From: Candidatus Collierbacteria bacterium RIFOXYD2_FULL_45_13 | GTDB taxonomy: Bacteria > Patescibacteriota > Microgenomatia > UBA1400 > MFAQ01 | Reading direction: 5' to 3' | Length of the DNA stretch: 64,000 bases | Assembly: GCA_001774685.1 (NCBI GenBank) | Contig: MFAS01000001.1 | Location: 9,268 to 73,267 of the forward strand | Shown: positions 20,817 to 30,666 of the stretch, piece by piece | Layout of the letters: the number at the start of each line of letters is the position of its first letter | Position numbering within the stretch: position 1 is the stretch's first letter | Notes under the pieces: generated by a model | The model's input: only the letters and a program-made list of their open reading frames with translations | What the model was told of the DNA's origin: nothing | Database searches by the model: none | Program-made: the position numbers and the translations under genes

Positions 20817-21548
20817 TTATTTGGCGGGAGCAAAGATATCGTCATGCATCTCCCAGAACTTACCCTGCTCGCCGGCACACAGAGCTGCTTCAGCGGCCTT
20901 CTGTGCACTTGGGTGAAAGGACAAAGGGAAGCTCTTATACTCCAAGCTAATTTTACCTTTGTACTTCTCCATAATCGCTTTTACTGTTGGGAAAGCTTTC
21001 TCGCAATAAGGGCATTCAAAATCCGTGAACTCCACTATTTTAATTTTTGCATTCGACGGTCCGTCTACATAACTTTTGGCCAGGTTCATAGTCAGCCTCT
21101 TACCGCTTTCCCCAAGAGCCGCTGCGGCCTTATCCCCCGACCCATTCTTAAGCTCTGCATCAATTACACTTTCAAACGAAGATTGTGGTTGGGCTCCCAC
21201 CAACATGACTCCATTTATGATAAAGGACGGGGTTCCGCTTACTCCCAAAGCCGCTCCTTCTTTCTGTTCACTTGCCACTCTTTCTGCCATTGTTCCACCA
21301 TCTAAGCACTGATCAAACTTTGTCGCATCCAGACCAAATTTTTTGGCTCTAGCTTTCATGCTAGCCACATCAAGTTGTCTTTCTGGAGCTTGAACCTGTG
21401 TCGGAGCCGTCGTATCCGTTCCAGCAACGTTATTCTTCAGTCCCTCCACCTGGGAAGACAATCTCCCTACATAGAAAGAAGCCACAATTAGTAACAACAC
21501 CAGGATAGGTGTGTAAAGGGTTTGTAAACCGGTTTTTTTATCTGACAT
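20817..21548 (-). CDS. DsbA-family thiol-disulfide oxidoreductase, apparently circularly permuted
   Basis: EFTDFECPYC, FPLSFH, QGKFWEMHD lie at the C-terminus; GVSGTPSFIING..GAQP precedes them. Confidence 0.88.
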   Translation of the reverse strand: MSDKKTGLQTLYTPILVLLLIVASFYVGRLSSQVEGLKNNVAGTDTTAPTQVQAPERQLDVASMKARAKKFGLDATKFDQCLDGGTMAERVASEQKEGAALGVSGTPSFIINGVMLVGAQPQSSFESVIDAELKNGSGDKAAAALGESGKRLTMNLAKSYVDGPSNAKIKIVEFTDFECPYCEKAFPTVKAIMEKYKGKISLEYKSFPLSFHPSAQKAAEAALCAGEQGKFWEMHDDIFAPAK

Positions 21549-21579
21549 AGAAGAATAATACCAGATAATTATAAAAACA

Positions 21580-24027
21580 CTACCCCACTACAAAGTTTAT
21601 TGTCTTCCCTTTAATATAAATAACCTTTTTTATTTCTCCTGAATCTAAATATTTTTTTATCTTTTCCGATTTTTTTGCTTCTTCAATCACCCGCTCTTGA
21701 TATTCTTCAGGATCTATCATCAAAGTTCCTCTTAGCTTTCCATTAACTTGCACTGTCAGCAATACAGTATCACTTATCAAATATTTTTCCTCATAAACAG
21801 GAAACTGCTGTGTGTGGATACTGAAACCTCCCCCGATCCTAGCCCACAGTTCCTCAGCTACAAAAGGAGCAAACAAAGATAGCACTTTGATCATACTGCC
21901 CAAATCACTCTTCGTAATGTTGCTACCAGGTTTCGATAAAGCATTTACGGTCTCCATTAGTCTGGCAATAACAGTATTAAACTTAAATTCAGCAACATCC
22001 TCTGTAGCTTGCTTAATTAATCTATTGATTGCCTTCGCACTCTCTCCATCTGATACTTCATTATTTCCGGCATGAAGTTCGATCAGGTTATAAAACTTTT
22101 CAATAAATCTTCTGACCCCAACAAGCGATCGCTCATTCCAGACCATCGTAGCATCAAACGGACCCATGAACATAAGGTAAGTTCTAAGTGAGTCGGCTCC
22201 ATACTTTTCGACAAACTCGTCTGGCACGATCACATTGCCCTTACTCTTACTCATCCTATTCCCATCGGGACCAAGAATTACTCCATGGGATATTCTCTTC
22301 TTGTATGGCTCAGTGATATTCTTTGGAACTACACCCAAGTCCCAAAGAAACTGATAAACGAATCTCGAATACAGCAAATGTAAAGTATTATGTTCGTCTC
22401 CGCCCACGTAAACATCCACCGGCAACCAGAACTCCATTTTTTTCTCATCTGCTAAGACATCTGTGTTATGGGGGTCACAATACCTCAAAAAGTACCAATC
22501 GCTTCCGGCCCAGTTTGGCATCGTATCAGTTTCTCGTTTAGCTTTCTCTCCACACTTCGGACAGGTTGTTTCCACCCACTCCTTAATGTTGGCTAGTGGT
22601 GACTCGCCCGTATCGGTTGGTAAATATTTCTCCACTTCCGGCAACACTACCGGCAAATCTGTCGCCGGTATACTTACCCAACCATCTTTCTCACAAAAAA
22701 CCATAGGGATCGGCTCACCCCAGTAATGCTGTCTGCTAAATATCCAATCCCTCAAATGATACTCAACTTTCTTGGTTGCCCATTCGTTCTCAATCATCCA
22801 ATTACTCACTGCTCCAAACGCCTCCTCCCGGGCTTTCATCCCGTTGAACTTCCCCGAGTTTACCATCAATCCATCCTCAATTACTTTTTCGTAGCTATCG
22901 ATCAAATATGCCGGATCTTCAGGTGGCACTTCCACTTGGACAATATCCAGGCCATATTTCTCTGCGAACATATAGTCCCGTTTATCATGAGCCGCCACTC
23001 CCATCACCGCCCCTGTACCAAAATTTGCCAACACGTAGTCCCCAATCCAAATTGGTATTCTTTTTCCATTTACCGGATTGATCGCGTAGGCGCCGGTAAA
23101 AACTCCCGTCTTCTCAGACACCCCGCTGGTCCTCTCAAACTCACTTTTCTTTTTTGTTTCCTTTAAGTATTGCGAAACCTCTTGGGACACCGAAGTGCTG
23201 TGACTCTCTGAAACGATCTCTGCCACCAAAGGATGTTCCGGCGCAATGGCAATCCAGGTCACGCCATAAATAGTTTCAGGAAATTTTGTAAAGCACTGTA
23301 TTTTGTGGACAGAGTTCTCTATCTCAAAATCAATATTTATCCCTTCTTTTTTTCCAATCCAGTTTATTTGAGCAGCCTTGACCTTTTCAATAAACTCCGT
23401 GTCGAGGAGACCGTTAATTAGTCTGTCGGCATAGTCTGTTATTTTTACTACCCACTGAGAAATGGTTCTTTTTGCTGTTTCAGTCCCACATCTCTCGCAC
23501 TTCCCGTCAACCACCTCTTCATTGGCCAAACCTATCTTGTCCTTAGGACACCAGTTAATTGGCATTTCCTGCTTTTCAGCCAGCCCTTTTTCAAAAAGTT
23601 TAGTAAATATCCACTGAGTCCACTTATAGTATTCCGGTAAAGTTGTATTCACTTCACGGTCCCAATCAAAAGAAAAACCCAACTTCTTCATTTGTTCGTG
23701 GAAAGTGTTTGTTACCTCCTTTGTAATTTCTTGAGGTTTCCGGCCGCTTTTGATAGCGTAGTTTTCGGTGGGTAATCCAAAAGCATCCCATCCCATGGGA
23801 AACATCACATTTTTTCCCTGCATTCGCTGAAATCGAGCATAGACATCCGCCGCCGTCATGGCAAAGGCATGACCCACATGGAGGCCTGATCCGGATGGAT
23901 AAGGAAACTCGGTTAGCATATAGAATTTTTCTCGGTCGTTCTCAAAATCTACACCTTTATTGCCATCGAATTCCTCATACTTCTCCGCCCACTTCTTTTC
24001 TGTTGACTTAAAATCGTAGCTCGCCAT
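21580..24027 (-). CDS. leuS: Leucine--tRNA ligase
   Basis: FPYPSG.GLHVGH, GWDAFGLP, GTGAVM, RDWIFSRQ.YWGEPIP, RMSKSKGN; start moved to MASYDF (TAGAAT plus 7 nt). Confidence 0.97.
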   Translation of the reverse strand: MASYDFKSTEKKWAEKYEEFDGNKGVDFENDREKFYMLTEFPYPSGSGLHVGHAFAMTAADVYARFQRMQGKNVMFPMGWDAFGLPTENYAIKSGRKPQEITKEVTNTFHEQMKKLGFSFDWDREVNTTLPEYYKWTQWIFTKLFEKGLAEKQEMPINWCPKDKIGLANEEVVDGKCERCGTETAKRTISQWVVKITDYADRLINGLLDTEFIEKVKAAQINWIGKKEGINIDFEIENSVHKIQCFTKFPETIYGVTWIAIAPEHPLVAEIVSESHSTSVSQEVSQYLKETKKKSEFERTSGVSEKTGVFTGAYAINPVNGKRIPIWIGDYVLANFGTGAVMGVAAHDKRDYMFAEKYGLDIVQVEVPPEDPAYLIDSYEKVIEDGLMVNSGKFNGMKAREEAFGAVSNWMIENEWATKKVEYHLRDWIFSRQHYWGEPIPMVFCEKDGWVSIPATDLPVVLPEVEKYLPTDTGESPLANIKEWVETTCPKCGEKAKRETDTMPNWAGSDWYFLRYCDPHNTDVLADEKKMEFWLPVDVYVGGDEHNTLHLLYSRFVYQFLWDLGVVPKNITEPYKKRISHGVILGPDGNRMSKSKGNVIVPDEFVEKYGADSLRTYLMFMGPFDATMVWNERSLVGVRRFIEKFYNLIELHAGNNEVSDGESAKAINRLIKQATEDVAEFKFNTVIARLMETVNALSKPGSNITKSDLGSMIKVLSLFAPFVAEELWARIGGGFSIHTQQFPVYEEKYLISDTVLLTVQVNGKLRGTLMIDPEEYQERVIEEAKKSEKIKKYLDSGEIKKVIYIKGKTINFVVG

Positions 24028-24106
24028 AGGCATAATTCTACCACTCCAACACCTCGTTTTTTTGAGATTTAGAGTTTTAGAGTTTTTTCTAGATATAATC
24101 AATTCA

Positions 24107-24862
24107 ATGCAAACAGTGGTCGACGGCGTTCTGACAAACTACGAAGTATTCAACCCCGAACAAGTAAACACTCTCGTTATCCTACACGGCTGGGGATCAT
24201 CTCTACAATTTTGGATCCCCATCGCCAAACAATTAAGCCCAAATCTACGAATCATTCTCCTCGATTTGCCCAGCTTCGGTTCTACTGCACCCCTTCCCAA
24301 CGACCCCAACATCCCCGAATACACCCTATTCGTCAAAGCTTTTACCCAAAAACTAAAGCTCAGTCATTTCATCCTCTCGGGTCACTCGTTCGGCGGTCAG
24401 GTCACTTTGGATTATGCCCTCAAGTTTCCCCACGATTTAAAGTCAATCATTCTTGTCTCTCCGGCAGTCGTCAGAGAAAGGTCAAAATCGGCTAAGTTCA
24501 AGATTATTCTGGCCAAAGTTCTTCGTCCACTTTTCTCTATTCTGCCCAAACACAGCTTTGAAAGGTTTTTAGGTTGGTATACACCCAGAGATTACAGCAA
24601 CTCAACGGAGTACCAAAGACGCGTACTCAAAAAGATTGTCGTATATGATCTTAAGCCTTTCCTTAACCAGGTCAAAATTCCTACCGATATTATCTGGGGC
24701 AGTGAGGATTTTGTCATTCCTTATATGGGCAAATATCTGGCCGAACATATTCTGGACAGTCATCTTCATGTCATTTATGGTGCCCACCACCTTCTGTACC
24801 TCACTCACCCCAAGAAGCTAGTTGACGTTCTTAGTCAAATAATCGACAGACTTTATGTTTAA
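24107..24862 (+). CDS. Alpha/beta hydrolase
   Basis: LHGWG, DLPSFG, GHSFGG, WGSED, AHH; overlaps the murF start. Confidence 0.88.
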   Translation: MQTVVDGVLTNYEVFNPEQVNTLVILHGWGSSLQFWIPIAKQLSPNLRIILLDLPSFGSTAPLPNDPNIPEYTLFVKAFTQKLKLSHFILSGHSFGGQVTLDYALKFPHDLKSIILVSPAVVRERSKSAKFKIILAKVLRPLFSILPKHSFERFLGWYTPRDYSNSTEYQRRVLKKIVVYDLKPFLNQVKIPTDIIWGSEDFVIPYMGKYLAEHILDSHLHVIYGAHHLLYLTHPKKLVDVLSQIIDRLYV

Positions 24863-26234
24863 CCCTATCAAAACACAGCTCACCATTCTCCAGCAAGAAG
24901 GCTACTCCACCGGCCGATTTCTTAAGTGGTGGATTACTCATCCGTTCACTTATTTCATCTCCAATAAAAAACCTTTAATCCTAACCCAAAAAGTCAAACG
25001 TCTTCTGGCAATCTCCTGCACTCTCTTTGGGTTACTGCTCTTCCTCTCTATCATCTATAAGTTCTTTATTGTCTTTCCTTTCTCAGTCATCCTGTTTCTC
25101 ATCGAACCATTTATATTTCTCTTTGCCGCGGTTGTTATTATCACCCCCTTCGAAAGACTCCACCGCCGAAGAACCATCAACCGTATCAGAAAGGAAGTTG
25201 TCGACAATCAAGATCTAACTGTTATCGGCATCACCGGCTCTTTTGGCAAGACTTCGGTCAAAGATTTTCTCTTTACCATTCTCTCTGGTTGCCAAGAAAC
25301 CCTCAAGACTCCGGAAAGTTACAATACGATTTTTGGCATCGCTAAAGTTGTCGATTTTGAATTACTCAAAAAAACTAGGTTTTTTATTTGCGAAATGGGA
25401 GCTTATGTCCGTGGTGAAATAAAAGAACTCTGTCGCATGATACCTCCCCAATACGCCATCCTGACTGCCATTGGTACTCAGCATCTCGAACGGTTCAAGA
25501 TTCTAAAGAACACCACCCTCGCCAAATTCGAACTGATCGACTCGGTAAACCCCAGTCACGCTTTAGTTAACTTAGACAATTCATTCATTACCGACCGTCT
25601 CTCGGATCACAAATATCGCGGGGTCAAAACCTACTCCATTTTCAATCCCAAAGCGGACTTCTTTGTCAAAAAATACTCCCTCTCTTCCCATGGTCTAAAT
25701 TTTACGCTTGTTCACCAAGACAAAACATATTCCTACACCTCTGTATTATTTGGCACCAGCAATCTTTACAATCTCGCCGCCGCTATCTCCATGGCTATGA
25801 TGATAGAAGTTCCGGAAGAAATTATTTTGGAACAAATTGCCAAGATTAATTCTTCACCCCACCGTCTGGAGTTAAAAAAGATCAATATAGCCACCTTGAT
25901 AGATAACGCTTTTTCGAGCAATGAAGAAGGCTTTACCACCCTGATTAATGATCTATCCAAACTACCTGGGAAGAAAGTCCTCATCACCCCCGGTATCGTC
26001 GAGCTGGGCATTCGTACCGTCGAAGTTCATCAGAAACTAGGTCAGCTGTCATCTACGGTTTTCGATAAATTCATTCTCGTCGGCAAATCCCTCCGCACCC
26101 TCAGTTTCGAGCAAGGCCTAAAGAAACCGGTCACTTACATCCCGAACTCCACCAACCTCTGGCCTCTTATCGAAGAACTATCCCAGGACTTCGGCTGGAT
26201 CCTTCTCGAAAACGACCTCCCGGACACCTTTTAA
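24855..26234 (+). CDS. murF: MurF-like Mur ligase with N-terminal TM segment
   Basis: IGITGSFGKTSVK, SYNT, EMGA, QHLERF, HRLE, IDNAFSSN, TPGIVELG. Confidence 0.85.
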   Translation: MFNPIKTQLTILQQEGYSTGRFLKWWITHPFTYFISNKKPLILTQKVKRLLAISCTLFGLLLFLSIIYKFFIVFPFSVILFLIEPFIFLFAAVVIITPFERLHRRRTINRIRKEVVDNQDLTVIGITGSFGKTSVKDFLFTILSGCQETLKTPESYNTIFGIAKVVDFELLKKTRFFICEMGAYVRGEIKELCRMIPPQYAILTAIGTQHLERFKILKNTTLAKFELIDSVNPSHALVNLDNSFITDRLSDHKYRGVKTYSIFNPKADFFVKKYSLSSHGLNFTLVHQDKTYSYTSVLFGTSNLYNLAAAISMAMMIEVPEEIILEQIAKINSSPHRLELKKINIATLIDNAFSSNEEGFTTLINDLSKLPGKKVLITPGIVELGIRTVEVHQKLGQLSSTVFDKFILVGKSLRTLSFEQGLKKPVTYIPNSTNLWPLIEELSQDFGWILLENDLPDTF

Positions 26235-27382
26235 ACCTTCCCTCCCTTTAGCCCCAGATTTGCAAACCCGGCCAAAATATTGCTCTCAAAAGTATTTATT
26301 AAGCCCTTCTTGCTTTCTTTTTCTTCCAAGGCAAAGTTCACCAATTTGATCACCAGTTCCTCAAAGGTTACTCCGCTGGCTTTCCAAAGATAGAAGGCAA
26401 GGGAACCAGGCATGGTATTTATTTCATTAAAGTAAATTTTGCCGGACTTCGAAACCATATAGTCAACCCTCGCGATCCCCTTACCACCAATAGCTCGAAA
26501 ATAATCCTTAGTATATTTCTCAATTTTTTTAATTATCTCCGGCTTCACATCGGCTGGAATGAGTCTCTTAGCTCCAGCCATACCTTTTTGTTTCACCTGA
26601 CCTTCATATTTATCAGAAAAAGATAATACTTGACTGCTGGCCATAGGGTGCTCCGTCGTAGACACTTCGTATGGCCCGTTTCCCATGATTGAAATATTCA
26701 CTTCTATAAAGTCATTGAGAGCCTCTTCGATTATTACTCTTCGGTCATAACAAAATGCCACTTCAAGTGCGTCATCCAGACCTTTTTCTTTCTCCACTCT
26801 AGATAAGCCTATACTCGACCCCAGTCCTACCGGCTTCACCATTACCGGAAACTTAATGGCCTTCTTGTCCAACGCCAATATTTTTTCTCCTTTTATTACT
26901 AATCTGTCTGCCAAAACATCGATACCAATCGACTTAGCAATAATTTTGGCTAAGTATTTATCAATCTTCACAGCACTTGCCGTCACTCCACAACCCACAT
27001 AAGGAATACCGGACATCTCAAAGAGCCCTTGAAGTGTCCCATCTTCTCCACCCCGACCATGCACCACAGGGAAGATGACATCGGGCTGCTTCTCCGTCAT
27101 TCCAAAGTTCCACAAACCTTTCTGGAGGACCCCTCGCTCCGCTTCCGGCGAAAGAATTATTTCTTTGGCTCCACTGAGAAGCTTCTTATTATTTGTATAC
27201 GACTTAGAATCCAGAAACTTATCATCCCCCAGATACCAACTTCCGCCTTTACTGATATAGACCGGCATAACTTCGAATCCCGCCTTTTTCAAAGCATGCA
27301 TTACCTGCCACGCCGTCACTACCGCCACATCATGCTCCGGACTCACCCCGCCATACACCACCATTACTTTTTTTTGATTCAT
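26231..27382 (-). CDS. ddl: D-alanine--D-alanine ligase
   Basis: GGVSPEHDV, HGRGGEDGTLQG, KPVGLGSSIG, DKY, ARVDY, NEINTMPG. Confidence 0.95.
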   Translation of the reverse strand: MNQKKVMVVYGGVSPEHDVAVVTAWQVMHALKKAGFEVMPVYISKGGSWYLGDDKFLDSKSYTNNKKLLSGAKEIILSPEAERGVLQKGLWNFGMTEKQPDVIFPVVHGRGGEDGTLQGLFEMSGIPYVGCGVTASAVKIDKYLAKIIAKSIGIDVLADRLVIKGEKILALDKKAIKFPVMVKPVGLGSSIGLSRVEKEKGLDDALEVAFCYDRRVIIEEALNDFIEVNISIMGNGPYEVSTTEHPMASSQVLSFSDKYEGQVKQKGMAGAKRLIPADVKPEIIKKIEKYTKDYFRAIGGKGIARVDYMVSKSGKIYFNEINTMPGSLAFYLWKASGVTFEELVIKLVNFALEEKESKKGLINTFESNILAGFANLGLKGGKV

Positions 27383-27391
27383 TGTTATATT

Positions 27392-28012
27392 TTAATACAC
27401 CAATATCCCCCTACCGGCAAAGAATCTTTTAAAATCTTTTTCGGCTATTTCACAGTTTTCTTGGGACTCACCAAAAAACCCGGATGGGTTATGTAAAAAC
27501 AAAGTTTTTCTTTCATCATCACTCCATGTCATCAAAACCAAGTGTCCTCCTTTATGTTCAGGTGTGTGGACTGGTTTTCTAATACTCGCACTCACCGAGA
27601 CTATAAAATAATTTCCCTTTTTTAGCTCCCTCTTTATTCTCCAAAGTGTCAAAAATCTTTTGAATACTTTAGCTTTCAATTTCAGTTCTTTTTTAAGAAA
27701 GATAATAAATGGCTCATAAAACAAACCATCAATTGCTTTTCCTTTTTTGATATACCCGCCATATTCTTCACATTTTTTAGCCAGTTCAATAGTTTTATAT
27801 TCTTTTCCAAACTTTCTCATGAGTATCATTTTTAGACAAGCCATTCCACAAACGTTCCAGCTCCAAAGTTCATACTCTGCAGGAGTATTAGCCCCCGACT
27901 TTTTCCACCTTGGATCTTCTCCGGCTTTTATCGTCCCTTCGATTATTTCATCTACTAGCTCCGCAGACTCCCACTGGGAAAAATAGGGAATTTGTCTAAG
28001 TAGTTTAGTCAT
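27392..28012 (-). CDS. C39-like cysteine peptidase
   Basis: IPYFSQW, CGMACLKM, GGHLVL, LHNPSG. Confidence 0.75.
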   Translation of the reverse strand: MTKLLRQIPYFSQWESAELVDEIIEGTIKAGEDPRWKKSGANTPAEYELWSWNVCGMACLKMILMRKFGKEYKTIELAKKCEEYGGYIKKGKAIDGLFYEPFIIFLKKELKLKAKVFKRFLTLWRIKRELKKGNYFIVSVSASIRKPVHTPEHKGGHLVLMTWSDDERKTLFLHNPSGFFGESQENCEIAEKDFKRFFAGRGILVY

Positions 28013-29321
28013 CCACCCTTTCGATGATTGCCCCTAGTCTGGTGTAGGTTTCAAACACGTTAGGATATCTCCTCCTTAGAATATCCACTCCATGTATTTC
28101 CGTAGTCACCGGATCACACAGAGCCGCAATAAAAATTGCCTTACAAGCTTGAATCACGCTGGGCGACACAATTACTCCACCTTTAAATTTTACTGGTCCC
28201 GTCACTATTACCCTCTCCGGGTCGGAGACGAATATATCCGCCCCCATCGCATTCAGTTCTCTCACAAACTCCAGTCCGGACTCATACATCCAGTTTTTTA
28301 GAAGCAATCTCCCTTTAGTCTTACTGGCCAGTACCGCCATTACCGGGATCGCATCCACCGGAAATCCTGGCCAAGGTCTAGGATAAAGTTTGGGGAGGCC
28401 GGGCGCCGCGAGCGGTACTCCAGAATTTACAGTATCAACTTCCAACCCACCGTTTTTACTAACAACCAAGTCCAATCCCTCTCTGTCAATCTTTATATTA
28501 AAAAGCTCAAACCAATTGATCATTCCGTTCACTATCTCAGGCATGTTTGCACCTTTTATACAAATCTTTCCGTCCGTTACCGCGGCCGCCACGATTAGAC
28601 CGGCCACGTCGACAAAGTCAGGGCCCGGTTCATAGACTGCACCACCTAGTTTCTTCTTTCCTTTTATCGTCACCCTATTTGATCCTATCCCGTCAATTTC
28701 TGCCCCCATACTTTTTAGCATTCTTAACAACTCACTCACGTGAGGTTCGCAGGCGGCATCAATAATCACAAAGTCGGAATTTGTTCCGGCCGCATACATC
28801 ATCAAATTTTCTGATGCAGTCACGCTCGCTTCCAGTTGCCAAATATCAACCAATTTTGCATACTTCTTAGGTGCAGTAAATTTTACATAACCGTCTTCAT
28901 ATTCAAATTTCACTCCGGCCTTCTTAAAGGAGTCCAGGTGTGCCGCAATCGACCGCATCCCCAAATCACATCCACCGGGTAGCGGAATTTCCGCTACTCC
29001 AAAACGGGCAAGTAGAGGTCCTGCAAACATCAGCGAGGCCCTAAATTGGCCACCCAGTGCACGATCGACTCTGTGATACTTTACTCTTGCGCAATTTATT
29101 TTTATTTCCCCATCCATACTTTGGTCAACATTTGCACCAAGCAATTTAAGTATCTGCAAAATCTTCACCACATCACTCGTCCCAGGCACATTTTTATACG
29201 TTATCGTTTCATTGGTCAGAATTGAGGCCGGTAATACCGCTACCAGCGAGTTCTTGTTTGGAATAGGTCGGACAGAACCCTCCAGCTTTCTGCCTCCGGT
29301 AATCCTTAGCACTCCGTTCAT
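28005..29321 (-). CDS. murA: UDP-N-acetylglucosamine 1-carboxyvinyltransferase
   Basis: KNS, RAS...GPLLARFG, PGGCDLGMR, SVTASEN, PWPGFPVD. Confidence 0.95.
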   Translation of the reverse strand: MNGVLRITGGRKLEGSVRPIPNKNSLVAVLPASILTNETITYKNVPGTSDVVKILQILKLLGANVDQSMDGEIKINCARVKYHRVDRALGGQFRASLMFAGPLLARFGVAEIPLPGGCDLGMRSIAAHLDSFKKAGVKFEYEDGYVKFTAPKKYAKLVDIWQLEASVTASENLMMYAAGTNSDFVIIDAACEPHVSELLRMLKSMGAEIDGIGSNRVTIKGKKKLGGAVYEPGPDFVDVAGLIVAAAVTDGKICIKGANMPEIVNGMINWFELFNIKIDREGLDLVVSKNGGLEVDTVNSGVPLAAPGLPKLYPRPWPGFPVDAIPVMAVLASKTKGRLLLKNWMYESGLEFVRELNAMGADIFVSDPERVIVTGPVKFKGGVIVSPSVIQACKAIFIAALCDPVTTEIHGVDILRRRYPNVFETYTRLGAIIERVDD

Positions 29322-29364
29322 GTTCTTATTATCTCATGGTCATATCTTTTGCTAAAATTAGCCT

Positions 29365-30666
29365 GTGAATCCAAAAGACAGCGCCGCGCTCAGAAAAATA
29401 GCTCAGGCATACTCTCAAATTTTATCCACTCCTTTTATCCCCCAACCCAGAATCAACTTCATCAAATCGTTCATAAAGGAGTTGCCTTTCGAAGTCGTCG
29501 AAAATAATTACGCACTTATCGTTAAAGTTCCTGGTTTGTCCTCAAAAAAACTTGTCTTGATGTCTCATCTTGATCACCCAGGAATCATTGTTAAAAACAG
29601 ACGAGAAGGTCTTTGTCTGGGTTCACTTTTTCCGGACAGACTACAAAAGATAATTTCCAAACAAGGTTTTATCCCTTTAGACATTTACTCCCCAACAGGC
29701 ACTTTACTTACTCAAGGGAAATTAATTGGTCTTAGAGGTAAGTATCTACAAAAGGCCGTACTGGACATTCCCACCAAAGTTCCCACCAATTCCTCTGCCT
29801 ACTACCAGATAAGCTTATTCCGAGAAAGCAAAGAGTTTCTGTCGCTATACGCAGCCGATAACGATGTCCCCACCATTTGTATGCTCCATTTACTACGAAA
29901 TATCCCCACCAAACCCGCTTTTACCCTCTATTTTGTTTTTACTTTTTATGAAGAAGTCCATCAAATTAGTTCCTTTCATTTGGCCAGAAAAAATTTACTC
30001 CGTCTCAGCCCAGACGACCTAGTCTTAAATATGGAATGCAAAAAAGTTGATAACAATGTGCACAACCCACCAAAGAATCGGTTAGATTATAACTCTGGTG
30101 TAATTCTCCAACCCAACGAAAAAGATTGTCTCTATGGCTATCGGTTTACTTCACCCAATCTTTTGGAACGACTGGTTCTCCGGGTCTGCCAAAAAGCCAA
30201 GATACCTTTGCAATATGGTTTAGGTTTGGGTTCTAGCGATGCCCGGCCTTTCTCCAATTTCAAGATCACTCCTAATCTTTGTACACTGGAAGTACCCAAC
30301 CGTTTCAAACACAACTGCGATGACCAGGGAAATATTGTTTTGGAAAAACTCTACAAACAAGACTTGTTTACCATGTACCAAATCATTTTCTCTTTGATAT
30401 TCACCAAAGGTACTCACCTGGCTGACCTTTCAAGCTCCAAAAACATATTCTTGTCTGATCGGCACAAAATCCACGACCTGGTTACCAATTCCCAAGCCAT
30501 GTCCAGAAAAATCCGATTAAACTACCGACTCGAACTAGCCAATCAGATTAAAGTCATCACCAAGCAGTATTACCCCACCAATATATTTTTCTTAGTTCTT
30601 GATATCGTCATGAATTTTGTTTCGTATCCATACTACTTATTTCTAACGATCCTCAAACTCTCCTAA
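29365..30666 (+). CDS. Divergent M28/M42-clan metallopeptidase-like protein
   Basis: SHLDHPG, AADND, YEEV, GSSDA, PNRFKHN ligand-like motifs. Confidence 0.6.
   Translation: MNPKDSAALRKIAQAYSQILSTPFIPQPRINFIKSFIKELPFEVVENNYALIVKVPGLSSKKLVLMSHLDHPGIIVKNRREGLCLGSLFPDRLQKIISKQGFIPLDIYSPTGTLLTQGKLIGLRGKYLQKAVLDIPTKVPTNSSAYYQISLFRESKEFLSLYAADNDVPTICMLHLLRNIPTKPAFTLYFVFTFYEEVHQISSFHLARKNLLRLSPDDLVLNMECKKVDNNVHNPPKNRLDYNSGVILQPNEKDCLYGYRFTSPNLLERLVLRVCQKAKIPLQYGLGLGSSDARPFSNFKITPNLCTLEVPNRFKHNCDDQGNIVLEKLYKQDLFTMYQIIFSLIFTKGTHLADLSSSKNIFLSDRHKIHDLVTNSQAMSRKIRLNYRLELANQIKVITKQYYPTNIFFLVLDIVMNFVSYPYYLFLTILKLS

Noticed and set aside
23170-23220. Short apparent insertion in leuS (VSESHSTSVSQ) as another repeat-derived insert
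   Set aside because: The periodicity is too degenerate to support without an alignment.
24028-24106. N-terminal extensions of leuS and the hydrolase given by the ORF track (likewise aspS, glyS, 41791, 46828, 63822)
   Set aside because: The extensions run through promoters, repeats or terminators; downstream starts fit both the -10 spacing and the protein families.
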